A stretch of 60,760 bases of DNA, counting the filler, from Squatina squatina (Eukaryota): assembly GCA_031763465.1 (NCBI GenBank). It is 4 parts of 3 records of this genome, joined end to end, with 100 filler letters (N's around TTAATTAATTAA, not from the genome) between each part and the next. Parts side by side here need not be neighbours in the genome. Positions count along the whole stretch, not along the records: positions 1 to 16,938 come from JARFOE010000016.1; 3 more parts are not named here. One strand, written 5' to 3'. The position numbers were made by a program, and so were the translations under genes. Each line of letters begins with the position of its first letter. The first letter of the stretch is position 1. Positions 1-12,070 of this stretch are shown here, piece after piece. The notes below the pieces were generated by a model. That model had not been told where the DNA came from, ran no database searches, and saw nothing but the letters and a program-made list of their open reading frames with translations.

Positions 1-754
1 AATTTCCAGCATGAGTTTTACAAATCATTGAAACCATTTAATTTGGATGTGAAGGAACATTATTAAGAATCTTGTATTTTCGTGTTTATCGTGAACTTAT
101 GCAGAAACAGATTTAATTTGCATCCAGTACACACAAAAGTAGGTTGGAGAATACCTGCATGGAAGAATACACTACTTTCTATGCTTTTTTTAATCCAGTC
201 AAAAATACCACCAAGATACACTCATTGCCCAATGAGATGAACCTGGCTCAACCTGCCACCAACTTTTATGGTTTAATCTAACCTGTGTAGCTGTAGGGTA
301 AAGGAGTAAAGTGAGCCACTTGGTGAGGGACACAGGTAATTAATCACCATTATCATCGCCAGTGGGCCAATGTTTAATGGACAGTCACCTAATCACCACT
401 GCTGACAGATGCAAGCATTTATTGTACTTAGCCTTTGATTCCGGTCAGTCTCCCAGGGTGATGCCTTTTAACTTTTGGAATACCATATGACTTTTCTGAC
501 AATAGAATAATATTATCTTTTATATAACATCTTCACAAATAATGAAATATGACAACTGAATTATGTGTAATTTAAATAAATAGGATTATTTCCAGATATT
601 CAAGGCAATAAGGAGACTTTCTATGTGTTTTGGTTTGGATGGTAAATTTCAAAGGGTATAATTTCTGCAGGGAATCTCCCACTGTAGCTTTGGGAGATCT
701 GGAGAATCTCTGCAAAAATGTTACCCCCTAAATGTTTACTACATGTGTGTCTAA

Positions 755-1318
755 AGGGCTTATTTTTCTGTGCCTCCCCCTGGGAATGCTCAGTTTCCCC
801 AGAAAGAAAGGTCATGAAAAAGTGACACATTACTGGCTCTCTGTCCTCTTAAAACTGCCAAGGAACATCTGGGGTTTTCTTTAGGGGCATAGAGCTAGGC
901 TTTTCAAATGAGACAGGAGGGGGCTTTCAGCCCATATTCTGTTTTCAACACCTGAGAGCCCCAGTGCAGGGTACCGAGAAAGGATGGCACTATGGGCTGT
1001 CCCGTGAATCCCCAGTAACCAGATGGGGGCAGGCTGAAGAATTACAGGTAGACCTCCAGAATTGACTTTGGTTCCAACTCCCGGAATCTTGTTCGATCAA
1101 CCACCAGAAGGTCACAAATACCCAGGTCAAGTGGGTAGCTGCAGACCTTCAGCTGCACCTGATTTTCCTGGGCCTCTTGCTGTTACTGTATTCTGGGGTG
1201 GCAGACCTGTGCTGGGTTGTCCTTAAGCCATGTAAATGGCCCTGGGTGGCAAATCCCAGGCCTGACCAGAGCACTGCATTTAGGGGTGGGGGTGGGGCAA
1301 CTCAAGAAAATAAGCCCT
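755..1318. mobile_element. Non-autonomous PIF/Harbinger-type MITE
   Basis: Terminal inverted repeats AGGGCTTATTTT (755-766) and AAAATAAGCCCT (1307-1318), flanked by TAA and CAA (near match to the 3-bp TAA/TTA Harbinger target duplication). No coding capacity. Confidence 0.6.
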
Positions 1319-1580
1319 CAATAGTTTTTATATAGGATAGTGGAAACAGTCATTCACAGCTTGTATAGTCGCTTTTCAGAGTCCACAGTAGGACTGCAGT
1401 ACCTGTACTGAACATGTGAAAACTGACTTACTTTACTGTTGCTAATATGTAAATTATCTTATAACCCACTTGACTGTTTACTTGTAACTGGCATTATTAC
1501 TGATATGACTTGGCATTATATAAAGCTTTGAAAATTGAGACCTTGCAAAGGAAACCTTGTTGGAGATTATAATGGTATAG

Positions 1581-2046
1581 AGAGAAAAAGACTTGCATTT
1601 ATATAGCACCTTTATGACCTCAGGAAAACATATATTTTGGGGGTATCCTAATCATTTGCAGAGAAAGAAAGCACTTGCATTAATAGAACACCTTTTAATA
1701 ACCTCAGGACATCTCATAAGTATTTCACAGCCAGTGAAGTTCTTTTTAAATTTTAGCCACTGTAATAATGTAGGAAATTTGTCAGCTAATTTGCAATCGT
1801 CAAGGTCCCACAAACAGCAATGAGGGATAAATGTTGGGCACACCACATGGGGAACTCCCCTTGTTCAAATAATGCAATAGGAACTTTTATGCCCGCCTGA
1901 GGGCAGCCGGGATCTCAGTTTAACATCTCATCCAAAAGATGGCACCTTCAGTGCAGTACTGTCTCCGCGTAGCTTATGTGCTCGTGTCTCTGGAGCAGGG
2001 TTGAACCCATGACCTTCTGACTGATAGCACTGCCTGAGCCAGGCCA
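1581..2046 (-). mobile_element. tRNA-derived DeuSINE (SacSINE1/AmnSINE-like), near full length, with an extra 3' tail copy at 1581-1630
   Basis: Minus strand shows a GGCTCAG...GGGTTCAACCC head, the Deu core (GGTGCCATCTTTTGGATGAGATGTTAAAC, CATTGCTGTTTGTGGGACCTTG) and a ...AATGCAAGT tail. Confidence 0.75.
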
Positions 2047-2614
2047 GATACAACTTAAGTTAGGTACAAAATAAAACTCGCTCTACATTTGTCACAAGAA
2101 TATTGTAAGAGTAGCTTACTTCCAGGAACTAAAGTGTAGCTAACACATTTTCATGCTACTGTGCTAACCAGTTCCCTGTGGTGCTGCTATATATATCTAA
2201 GACAGTTCGTGGGACAGAAATCAGTGATCATTTTTAAGGCTTAGAGCCGATGTCACAAAATTATTTTCCTTCATGGTTCAGAACTCTTGAGCATATGGTG
2301 GAAGAACTTACACTGGCAAGATCCAGAACCAAGTTGTGAAGTGGATTTGGGGAAGTGTCTGCAGATGCGGGAGGATTCTGGCCCACGTTGAACTGTAACT
2401 TAGCATTTTGGAGAGTCAGCTTTATGGTGAACGTTCCACTTTGCCAAAACCCTTCATTGGGCTTCTAGAACCTCCAGTGGGCTGGCACAATGCAATCTTC
2501 TCTTTGTAGGGCCTTCTAACTGCAGAAGGCACTTGTCTGTTAGATAGCTAATGAGGTATCTGAGATAGCTGCCAGAGGCTGCATTTGAGAACACATGATT
2601 ATATATCCAGGAAA

Positions 2615-2722
2615 TGGTCAGACCTGAAACGTAAACAGTTTCTCCACAGATGCTGCCTGACCTGTTGAGTATTTCCAGAATTTTCTGTTTTTATTTCAGA
2701 TTTCCAGCTTCTGCAGTATTGT
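2615..2722 (+). mobile_element. Penelope-like element terminal repeat fragment
   Basis: GACCTGAAACGT...TCTCCACAGATGCTGCCTGACCTGTTGAGTATTTCCAG...GATTTCCAGCTTCTGCAGTATT. The same sequence recurs inverted at 3330-3410. Family assignment is from recall. Confidence 0.55.
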
Positions 2723-3024
2723 ATTGTGTATCTAGGGTTCTACCATGATTTGGTGAGATGCAAGTAGCTGTTGTTGAAATTTTACACATTTAACTGGTGA
2801 AGCAACTGTTCAGTAGGATGTGATGTGTGCCCATGCTGTGCTCGGGAAGATGGTAGCAATGCACTCACATTTTATGGTGCGTTGTGCTGCTCAACATACC
2901 ACATGTGAAGAGTCTTTGCTTGTGGCCCACCTGCCAAAAAATCAGATCTGTGCTTCACAGTTTATGGCCAACTCTTAATCCAAAACCGGAACCAGGCAAG
3001 TCCACCATACTAGAATTAAATAGA

Positions 3025-3229
3025 ATGTATAGAAACATAGACAATAGGAGCAGGAGTAGGCGATTTGGCCGTTCGGGCCTGCTCCGCCATTCAATATGAT
3101 CATAGCTGATCATCCAAATTCAGTACCCTGTTCCTGCCTTGTCCCTTGATCCCGTTAGCCATAAGAACTATATCTAACTCCTTGAATATATTTAATGATT
3201 TGGCCTCAACTGCCTTCCGTGGTAGAGAA
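3025..3229 (-). mobile_element. CR1-type LINE 3' end
   Basis: ATAGAAACATAG...AGGAGCAGGAGTAGGC...CCTGCTCCGCCATTCAAT tail, repeated at 20145, 20740, 27181 and 32810. Confidence 0.75.
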
Positions 3230-3329
3230 NNNNNNNNNNNNNNNNNNNNNNNNNNNNNNNNNNNNNNNNNNNNNNNNNNNNNNNNNNNNNNNNNNNNNNN
3301 NNNNNNNNNNNNNNNNNNNNNNNNNNNNN

Positions 3330-3460
3330 AATACTCAGCAGGTCAGGCAGCATCTGTGGAGAGAGAAACAGAGTCAACGTTTCACGTCGATGACCCTTCA
3401 TCAGAACTGCAAAAAGTTAGAGATTTCAGCTTTCCAGCATCTGCAGTATTTTGCTTTTAG
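3330..3460 (-). mobile_element. Penelope-like terminal repeat carrying a minimal hammerhead motif, followed by an inverted piece of the same repeat
   Basis: Minus strand of 3368-3410 reads AGTT-CTGATGA-AGGGTCATCGACGT-GAAAC-GTT-GACT. 3431-3460 (+) matches the 2701-2722 tail. Confidence 0.6.
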
Positions 3461-4139
3461 TCGATTGATCTGTTCTTAAAACCGTAAATATCTGAGAATA
3501 GATTGGGCTTTCACTGTGGAGCGCACATTAATCATTAACTTTTGAACATATATTTACAGCCTTAAGAATGTTACAAAGTGAAATGTCTTGAAAACGAACT
3601 GTCAGCATGCAATAAATTCATTCGAAATCCAAGTTTCTTCAAATTTACTGTAACTGCTCATCCATTGGTTGGAAGATTTGTTATCAGCTGACGCACAAGT
3701 TTGAATAAATATTTTGCTTTTGGAGCAATCCGTTCAGATTGATGATCTGACTGGTTGCGTGAACCATTAATTCAGAATAATGCTGTCTATTTTTCTGAAG
3801 AAAATTTAAGACAATTGAAACCTTTTTTGACCTTGGGAGTTTCTGACAACAGCAGCTCTGCTCAGTTAGACACAAACAAAAAGTAACTTCGATGCTAAAT
3901 GGCCTTTCAGTTTTTCCCATTTGTAAATGGAGTAGAGTTCTCTTTGAAGTACATTCCTGAGACAGCACCTGGTTACAGGTTTAAAGTCAGGTCAAAACTA
4001 TAGTCAATTATGACATTGATTTAATGGACCAGTCGGAAGAATGATTTTAACTCGTTATTTTGGTCATCCATTAAATTGATTTAACTCGATTTTAGGAGCA
4101 AAGACCACTGTGACATATTTATTTGCAAACTGTCCTCAC

Positions 4140-4410
4140 TTGTGTTCGTGGCAATCACTGGTAAGCGCTATTGATCAAGGGTGGCATCACAGTCAATCCT
4201 GATCCTGTCTTCTGGATGATGTTCATACTTTTCAGCCAAGGCCACGAGGAGGTGATCAGAAGTAGGGACCAAGACAAGTTTTCTCCTCCTTAGTCTGAAA
4301 TAAGTACTTCAGTTGTGGATCCCTACCAATATCTTCCTGATATTGTCCAATACCGACCAGATCAAACTTGGATCAGTCCTATTTTCGAAGGCTCAGTACC
4401 CACTGTCGAG
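4140..4410 (-). mobile_element. Degenerate copy of a second SINE-like repeat family
   Basis: Shares motifs with 19394-19540 (TTTCTCCTCC.TA, GACCAG..ATCAAAC). Family not named with certainty. Confidence 0.35.
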
Positions 4411-5032
4411 TTCTGCCTAATACTTTGAGATATAAGGAGAGCATAGATTGAGCCGATCCAATTGAATCCAAGTAACCTACTAATTGTTTCATGTATTGTT
4501 GCCACAGTCCAGAGCATGGGCTACACAATGTTAAAAACCATGGGGAAAGGTTAGCAAGTCATCAGAATTAGGCTAGTTACTGCACAGACAATGAATCAAA
4601 AAGAATACTTGCATTTGTATAATGTCTTATCGTGTCAAAATGTCTCAAAGCTTTTCACGTAATGAATTACGCTATTTTTGGCCAAATGCGATTGCTATGA
4701 AGGTCATCTACAACATGTGTGAAGGTCAGGAAAGTTGTTTTTTGTTACTGGTCTTCACTGAGAATTTCTGGATTATTTTACTGCACTTCAGCCAAGTTAA
4801 GGTAGGGAGCGGGAACATCTTTAAGGAAATTCCTGGCCTATCGTTTTCAGGTTTATTTTGTCTTCAAAGGCTACCCAATTTCTGTTCTTTCTACACCGAA
4901 GTTTGGAAATACCTTCGGGAAATGCCATTTGGNNNNNNNNNNNNNNNNNNNNNNNNNNNNNNNNNNNNNNNNNNNNNNNNNNNNNNNNNNNNNNNNNNNN
5001 NNNNNNNNNNNNNNNNNNNNNNNNNNNNNNNN

Positions 5033-5117
5033 AGGGCACCTCCGACAGTGCAGCACTCCCTCAGTACCGCACTGGGAGTGTCAGCCTGGATTTTTGTGCT
5101 CAAGACGCTGGAGTTCA
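5033..5117 (-). mobile_element. DeuSINE fragment
   Basis: GGCACCTCCGACAGTGCAGCACTCCCTCAGTACCGCACTGGGAGTGTCAGCCTGGATTTTTGTGCTCAAG matches the copies at 41017-41090 and 45838-45925. Confidence 0.8.
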
Positions 5118-6367
5118 ACTCCCAGAAACTCTCACTTGGACCCAGATCATGGCTTTCCCTCATCTCACCCTTCAGCTGCCCACAAACCGCACATTTCACC
5201 CACCACATCCTCTCAACTGAGCTGCTTCCTGCTCCCTGCACACACTTCCTGATTTACAGCTCCCACCTCTTTGTTTCCCCTACTTTTGTTTCCCATAAGC
5301 ACTGCCCCCATCCTTGTCGAATCTGTTATGAGCTGCCTTAACCTCTGGGCCTCCCACCTGTCTACCTCAGCATCGGTCTCCACTCCAGCCCCAGTTTGGC
5401 TCCAGCACTTACTCCCTTTGAATCTTTTTTTAAAAAAACTACAGTGGACATATTAATTACTTTAATTAAAAAAAAAACTAATTTAATTGCATTTTATGCT
5501 GTTGAGGAGTAAACACATAATTTGAAAGTATACACAGAGGCTATTAAGCACAAAGATAAATGCAATTTGGCACAAGTAAACACAGTTTAAAGCTCTAGAT
5601 GAAACACTGGAGAAGCTAATTGTATCCAGCAGTCTGAGGATTGCAAGCAAGTTATTAGAGATGAATTTTTGGAAGAGCAAGCTGATATGGAAAGCAAGTA
5701 AAGTATAAATAATGTAAGGATAATGTTGATTATTTTTAATACTTTTGTTTATTTATCCTTTTAGATAGATACTTATGCCATCCACAGTCATATTACTTCC
5801 TCCAGGAGGATTGGGTCAGTGACTTCTCCATGGCTATGGTCAATATTCCATGACTGTTCAACGGATATACTTGAATGTAATAGAACTAATCTGGCTCTAA
5901 AAAGTGGAGTGTAATAGCCCAGCTGAGAATTTGTGACTTTGAACGTCCATTAGTGAATGCATTCAGATTGGGAATCCAGTATTTTAGAATTACTGTATTT
6001 CTTTGGCTATGGGTTTCAGGCATCAAAGCATTCTGCTACGTGTTCAGTGTTTGTCCTATTTAGTTTGCCCAAAGTTGTGACGTATGTGACATGATAAAGG
6101 ACAGGGTGCTTTACAGAAGACTGAAAGATACAGAATTGATTTATTTTGGCTGAAAGTGAAAATGTGAAGGAAAGCTTTCCCATCATTCCCAATAGAGAGA
6201 ATGTGGCACCATTTAATCCGCGATGATAATATGGGCAACCGACATTAGCTGGCATTAAGAACTCTTTTTCTTAACACAGATGGTGCTCAGATTTCCTAAT
6301 CTTTGTGAATGGTTTGCAGTCCAGTGTCCATGCCCTACTCATCTCTTTCATACTGCGTCTAAGATTA

Positions 6368-7086
6368 TGGCCCTAGAAATTGCAGTCGGAGACATACCTC
6401 TGGAGTATGCCTCCGACCCACAAAATATTTTCAAAATTACTTCGTCACCCAGGCTGTGAAGAGCTGCGGTCTCAGTCCTCGAGGCGGAGGGCAGCGTAAT
6501 GGCTCCCGGATTCCAGGCGGTTCAGATGTCCAATGACCAAGGAGAATTCCATTGCAATCATTTACAAAGGGAATCCCCATATATACAATAGAATTCCAAA
6601 ATGTAAAAAATTATCCAATTAACAGAATTTGAATTTTATTCATAATTACCTTCATTCCACGAAACTCAATAAAAAAACGAATTTGTTGAAAATTTCACGT
6701 CATTAAAACTGTAATCCAGGCCAATATTTGCATAAACTTATTTAATAAAGTATGTGCATAATTTTGGATATGTAAATGTTTAATTTAAGCCTCCGATATC
6801 CCCTTGTGCTGATGCAAGCAGGCCCTTCACCTGCTTGCATCAGCCATAAGACTTATGCAGACAATTGCTGGCCAGTCGCTGAGCAAATAGCCCAACTCTG
6901 CACCAACGAGTGCTTGTTCGGAACCCCTGCGGATAACCTGTCAATCCGTACGTTGACAGGCTGCAAGTTCCAAATTTCGTGTATGCACAAACGCATACGG
7001 AAATGCAGAACTTGCAGGGCATTTCAAAGGGATTACGACAGCATACTCTGAGAGTACGACATTACAGACACCGCAATTTCAAGCCA
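6368..7086. mobile_element. PIF/Harbinger-type MITE with intact TTA target-site duplication
   Basis: TTA|TGGCCCTAGAAATTGCAG ... CCGCAATTTCAAGCCA|TTA. Internal hairpins at 6385-6417 and 6808-6844. Confidence 0.7.
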
Positions 7087-10000
7087 TTATTTTCCTTTTC
7101 AGATTCTCCCCAATCAGTGCTGCCTTTTCCAGTTCTTCTAGTTTTTCCCCACTATTTCTTTTTGTAAGTTTTGGAAACCGTTCATGACAGTCCAAGTTGT
7201 ATCTGCTCTCTTGATGAGTGGAAATGAGTGCCAAATGGCCATTTTTCATTATGCTTTACATTCTTCAATCAATATAGCTGATCTTCCATGGTGTCGGTCA
7301 GGCGGAGTGGTGACAGTGTCCCTGATGGCAGTCAAGGTGTGGAAAGACAGTGAGATCAAAGGTCACATGGGCAGACAGGCCTAAAAGGGAGGATGTAAAT
7401 CATACATGTGAGCTGATCATAGCACATTGGACAACATTGGAGTTAGCACAGTAATTAAGGACAAGGAGAANNNNNNNNNNNNNNNNNNNNNNNNNNNNNN
7501 NNNNNNNNNNNNNNNNNNNNNNNNNNNNNNNNNNNNNNNNNNNNNNNNNNNNNNNNNNNNNNNNNNNNNNAATGTCCTGAATATAATTGTAATTTATACT
7601 GTTTTAGCAATAAACGGCCTTTCTAAAATGATTAATTTCCAACATCGTTACATTGGCTATTCACAACTATTCCAAATATTAATTCACTCCTAATCCAATA
7701 GTGACTTACTCCAATTACTAGTGTTCAATGAAAACACTTGTATGTGGATATTCCTCAATTTCTACACATTATAATTAACTTTATCATGCTTCTTTACAAT
7801 GCATACCTGCAGCTCTTCTTTCTACACATCTCTCACACCCTTCACCCCACCATTGGTGGTCATGCCTTCAGCCCTAAGCACTGGGATTCCTTCCCTAAAT
7901 ATATGAAGTAAGTTGAATTCTCCTTTTTTAATATGGTCAATAAAGAGCCATAAAGAGGATACCCTTTTTCATGGAATAAGAAAGTACATTATTTACAGGT
8001 TGACATTTTCTACAATTCCTCAAGATTTAGTTTACAGTGTCTGTCTAATATTTAGGAACCGACCACATTAAGCCTAAGTAATGAACATAATTTATTAGGC
8101 ATTTTTAAAAAAAAAAAGTTTTGTATTTTTGAAGGCGAAAGGTGACAAATTGGCATAAAAAGGTTGATAATTACATTAAAATATATTAAGGATTGTATGT
8201 AAACTACAATCTAATTAAAAGATTCCTTAATTTGTGTTAATTTATAAAACTGGACAATAGCTTCTGCATAGCAAACAAGTTCCTTCTCACTAAATAAACA
8301 CAGTTTAGATTAAAAATCTGGCAGCCTAACTGCACCAGATCATTCATCTCGATGAACAGCCATGTTTGTTTTGTGTGTGCAGCTTTCAATTTCCCGGTAC
8401 TTATGCTATCTATACTAGATTCATAATAGGTTTATTTCTATATTTTAAAACAACTCAAACTGCAGAGTTTCTGAAAATCTGAGCACAAGAAGGTGGCATA
8501 GTCCTATGAGTATTTTGAAATGCACATCTGCATTGCAGTATTGTCCCTGGACAGATCAGAACCATTCACTCGCCATCTTTTTTTACATCCATCCAAGTAG
8601 CAAATTACCTTTTATTATTTTAATTTCTGACAGTTACTCATTTTAACTCTTCAAAAAAAACATTTTTTTCAGTTCAAAAAATAAATGGTTTACTGTAGAT
8701 ATTTTCTTTTTGTCACTGGCTTTGTTAAGGTGTCCCCCTAAAGAAATTCAAAACATAGATACCAACACAAGTTATAACAGCTAAAAGCAAAAATATTAGT
8801 GTAAAAACACGTATTATTTACATCCTTGGCTCAGAAACATAAAAACCATAGCGACTCATTAGAAAGAAAAATCGTAGCATGACGCTGAATGTTTTTTATT
8901 GCCAAAATTGAGATACTTGCCGCACTTCAAACGCAAGCCAAATAGGGACAGGGAATCCTTTCCTTGGCATCATTCACTCTGTAGAACAAAAAAGTGAAGC
9001 TTCTTTTGTGGAACACTGACTGTAAAAATGGGAGAAAAAAGTAGATGTTAAAAATGTTAAAGAAAGTCTGTTTTCACCTAGCTACCTTAGATACATGACA
9101 AGCACTGACAAATCTGTAGAAAGATGATTTATATGAGCTTTTCAGACAAAAAAAAACAATTCTTTAAACAACAAGCCTTGATGAACAGACAGGCAGCACT
9201 TCTGATGCATGCTAACGCCCTTACNNNNNNNNNNNNNNNNNNNNNNNNNNNNNNNNNNNNNNNNNNNNNNNNNNNNNNNNNNNNNNNNNNNNNNNGATGC
9301 ACATACAATTCCAAAATTACAAAAAAAATACAAATACATCAGCAGACCTTCTACGCTGTATTATACGGATATATTCTTTCATGCTGACATACGAACAATG
9401 AATTTTATTTCATCGTCTATTTAATGTTCGGTCGCAGCTTGGCATAAATCCCAGACTTGCTCATATGCACCCCTTGCACCCCTCTGTCTGTAACCTACTC
9501 CAAAGAATTTGTTTTAGTATTGAGCACAGATGGGAGCAAGTACTTGGCACGAGCAGTACCCAAATGGATACAAATTAGGAATATACTGGCAGCAACACAA
9601 AAACGTGAACCGTTGCAAGAAACTGGCACAGGGCCTTCCTCAGATGAGCATTTTAGAGGAACTTGGGATAAGAAAAGAAAATCAAATCGATACGCCATTA
9701 CAATCTATTTTTGTGTAAAAAAATTATTTCACTTGCCTTTATACTGCCTCAGTGATAAAGATCAGTCGTGCAGGAAAACAAATCCAAGGTAACCAAGACA
9801 GTGCCTGCTTCAGAAAGTATGCTGATGCATGCTACTTCACTGAGTCTAGCTACGTCAATTGGAGGCTAAACCATGCAGCAGTACTTTCAAAAATCTGCGC
9901 TGGTTTTGTTTCTAACAGCGCACTTACTGCAACTACAGTTAGACCATCTCTCAATCAGGGTAGGACAATTTTGTTGTAAAAAGTTTACATATCACAATGG

Positions 10001-11464
10001 TAACTGACATTGTAATAATGAAAAAAATATTATTTATAAAGAAATTAACAATTTATGCCAAAGTTATGAACATCAAAGATCAACAGTGAACAATGCTATT
10101 AGCCACACTATTACAATGACTGTCAGCAAGACACATATTAAATCATCAGTTTACAATAATTGCTGAACTAGCGTGGTCACTGAGATCACATTCTTAGTAT
10201 TTGACTCACTTTCAAAAGTGAGAAATATAAAACGATGAATTTGTTCTTTCACAAATCAACATAGAAAGTATGGATCAGCTATAATAACTTTTTGACTTAC
10301 AAAAATTCTTTAAGTAAATGGTTTTATGTCTAAAAAGCAGCAGCTATTAGTTGTTGCTTTGTGCATAAAATCTTGGGCCCATTACACAAAAATTTAAAGT
10401 TCAGAATTCTATTTATGCAGCTCACCGCTGTTTTTAACAGTGTGAATCCCTGCCCAATAGCATGATATTAGCTATAAAGAATAAAGCCATGCTGTTGTTT
10501 GGCCATGTAACATGGAGTCCAGTAGCACTATGAATTGGACAAGTAGTCAACAGCAAAACACGAGAAAATTTTTTTTTTTTTAACAATTCAAGCCACCTTA
10601 CTCTTTGGTCTGAATACAGTCGCAAATTGTCTTTTATAGCAAGGATAAATTAGTGCGCCTTCTATTTCAAGTCATGTCATCATGGTTACCTTTAGTTTCT
10701 TTGCATTTCAGAGAATTCTGAACTGAAGCCAAAATGCCAAATCTTTGGATAGCTACACAGGATGGAGACCAAAAAAAAACTATTGGCATGCAAAATTTAG
10801 AAGCCAGCCAAACAGAAAAGAGTAGCGTGTTCACATATTAATAGTTANNNNNNNNNNNNNNNNNNNNNNNNNNNNNNNNNNNNNNNNNNNNNNNNNNNNN
10901 NNNNNNNNNNNNNNNNNNNNNNNNNNNNNNNNNNNNNNNNNNNNNNNTTTCCTGTGTGTGCTGACTGTTACTATATGCTGTGTGCTAATTGAACTTCCCG
11001 CTGGTGGTAAAGTACAAGTTAAAAATGCCTCACGCACCTCTTCTAACTGGGGCTTTTTTCACTGCAGAGCAGGTGGCTAAGGGGGAAACTGCAAAGGTTT
11101 TCAAAATGATGAAGGTTTGGACTCATTGGCGAATTGGCAATAAGAGCCACAGACTGAGAAGGACAAAGGGGAATTTAGAAGACATTTTTTCCCCACTGAG
11201 GGCTATTAGAACATGGAATGCGTTACCACAAGGTACGACTGAGGTGAAGGCCAAGAGTTTCTTCAGGCTGAGTTGTGTCACTGTTACACCATTAAAAGAA
11301 AGATTATCACTGGTCAGTGGCCTGGAGAGGTATTTACATGAGCGCTTCCTGGGTCAGTTTATTTGCATACTCACTGGAGCAGTGTTGTCCAATAGAAATT
11401 GCTGACTAGCCACAGGTATGGCGATAACAACACCGTTTTAGCCACATGCACTAATTTTAGTGCC

Positions 11465-12070
11465 TTACACACACTCATAGAGCTCCAGGTGCTTCACAGG
11501 GGCGTAGTCAGACACTGAGCCAAAGAAGGCGACATTAGGACAGGTGACAAAAGCTTGGTTCAAGAGGTAGGTTTTAAGGCGTGTCTTTATGGAGGAGAGA
11601 GAGAGGTGGGAGGCAGAGAGGTTCAGGGAGGGAAATCCAGAGCTTAAGTCCTTGACGGCTGAAGGCACAGTCACAAATGGTTGCTCCAAGGAAGTGGGGG
11701 ATGTGAAAAAAGCCACAATTGGTGGGAACACAGAGTTCTAGGGGGGTTGTAGGGCTGGAGAGTGGTGTACACCTACTCCTGTTATTTTTAAGCTCCCAGT
11801 AAGATAGAGAGAGAGAGAGATGGATTGCCTAGCTGGCTGCCCCCATGCACTCCTCATGGTCCTGGTGTGCTCAAATAACAACAGTGGATGTGCACAAGAG
11901 ATAGGGAGGGGTGAGACCATGGTGGGATATGAGCATGAGGATGAGAATATTAAAATCAAGGCTTTGCTGAACATAGTTCCAATGTAGGTCAGTAAGCACA
12001 GGTGTGATGGGTGAACAGGACATAGTGCAAGTTAGAATATGGGCAGCAGAGTGCTGGATCAGCATGTAAG
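11465..12070 (-). mobile_element. L2 (LINE2) 3' fragment with an internal insertion
   Basis: Minus-strand translations SPITPVLTDLHW and KTRLKTYL; reverse complement of the 46665-47095 element. Confidence 0.7.

Noticed and set aside
4622-5341. 239-aa ORF and the many other ORFs containing X runs
   Set aside because: Length is inflated by N gaps; they cross SINE sequence and show no protein motifs.
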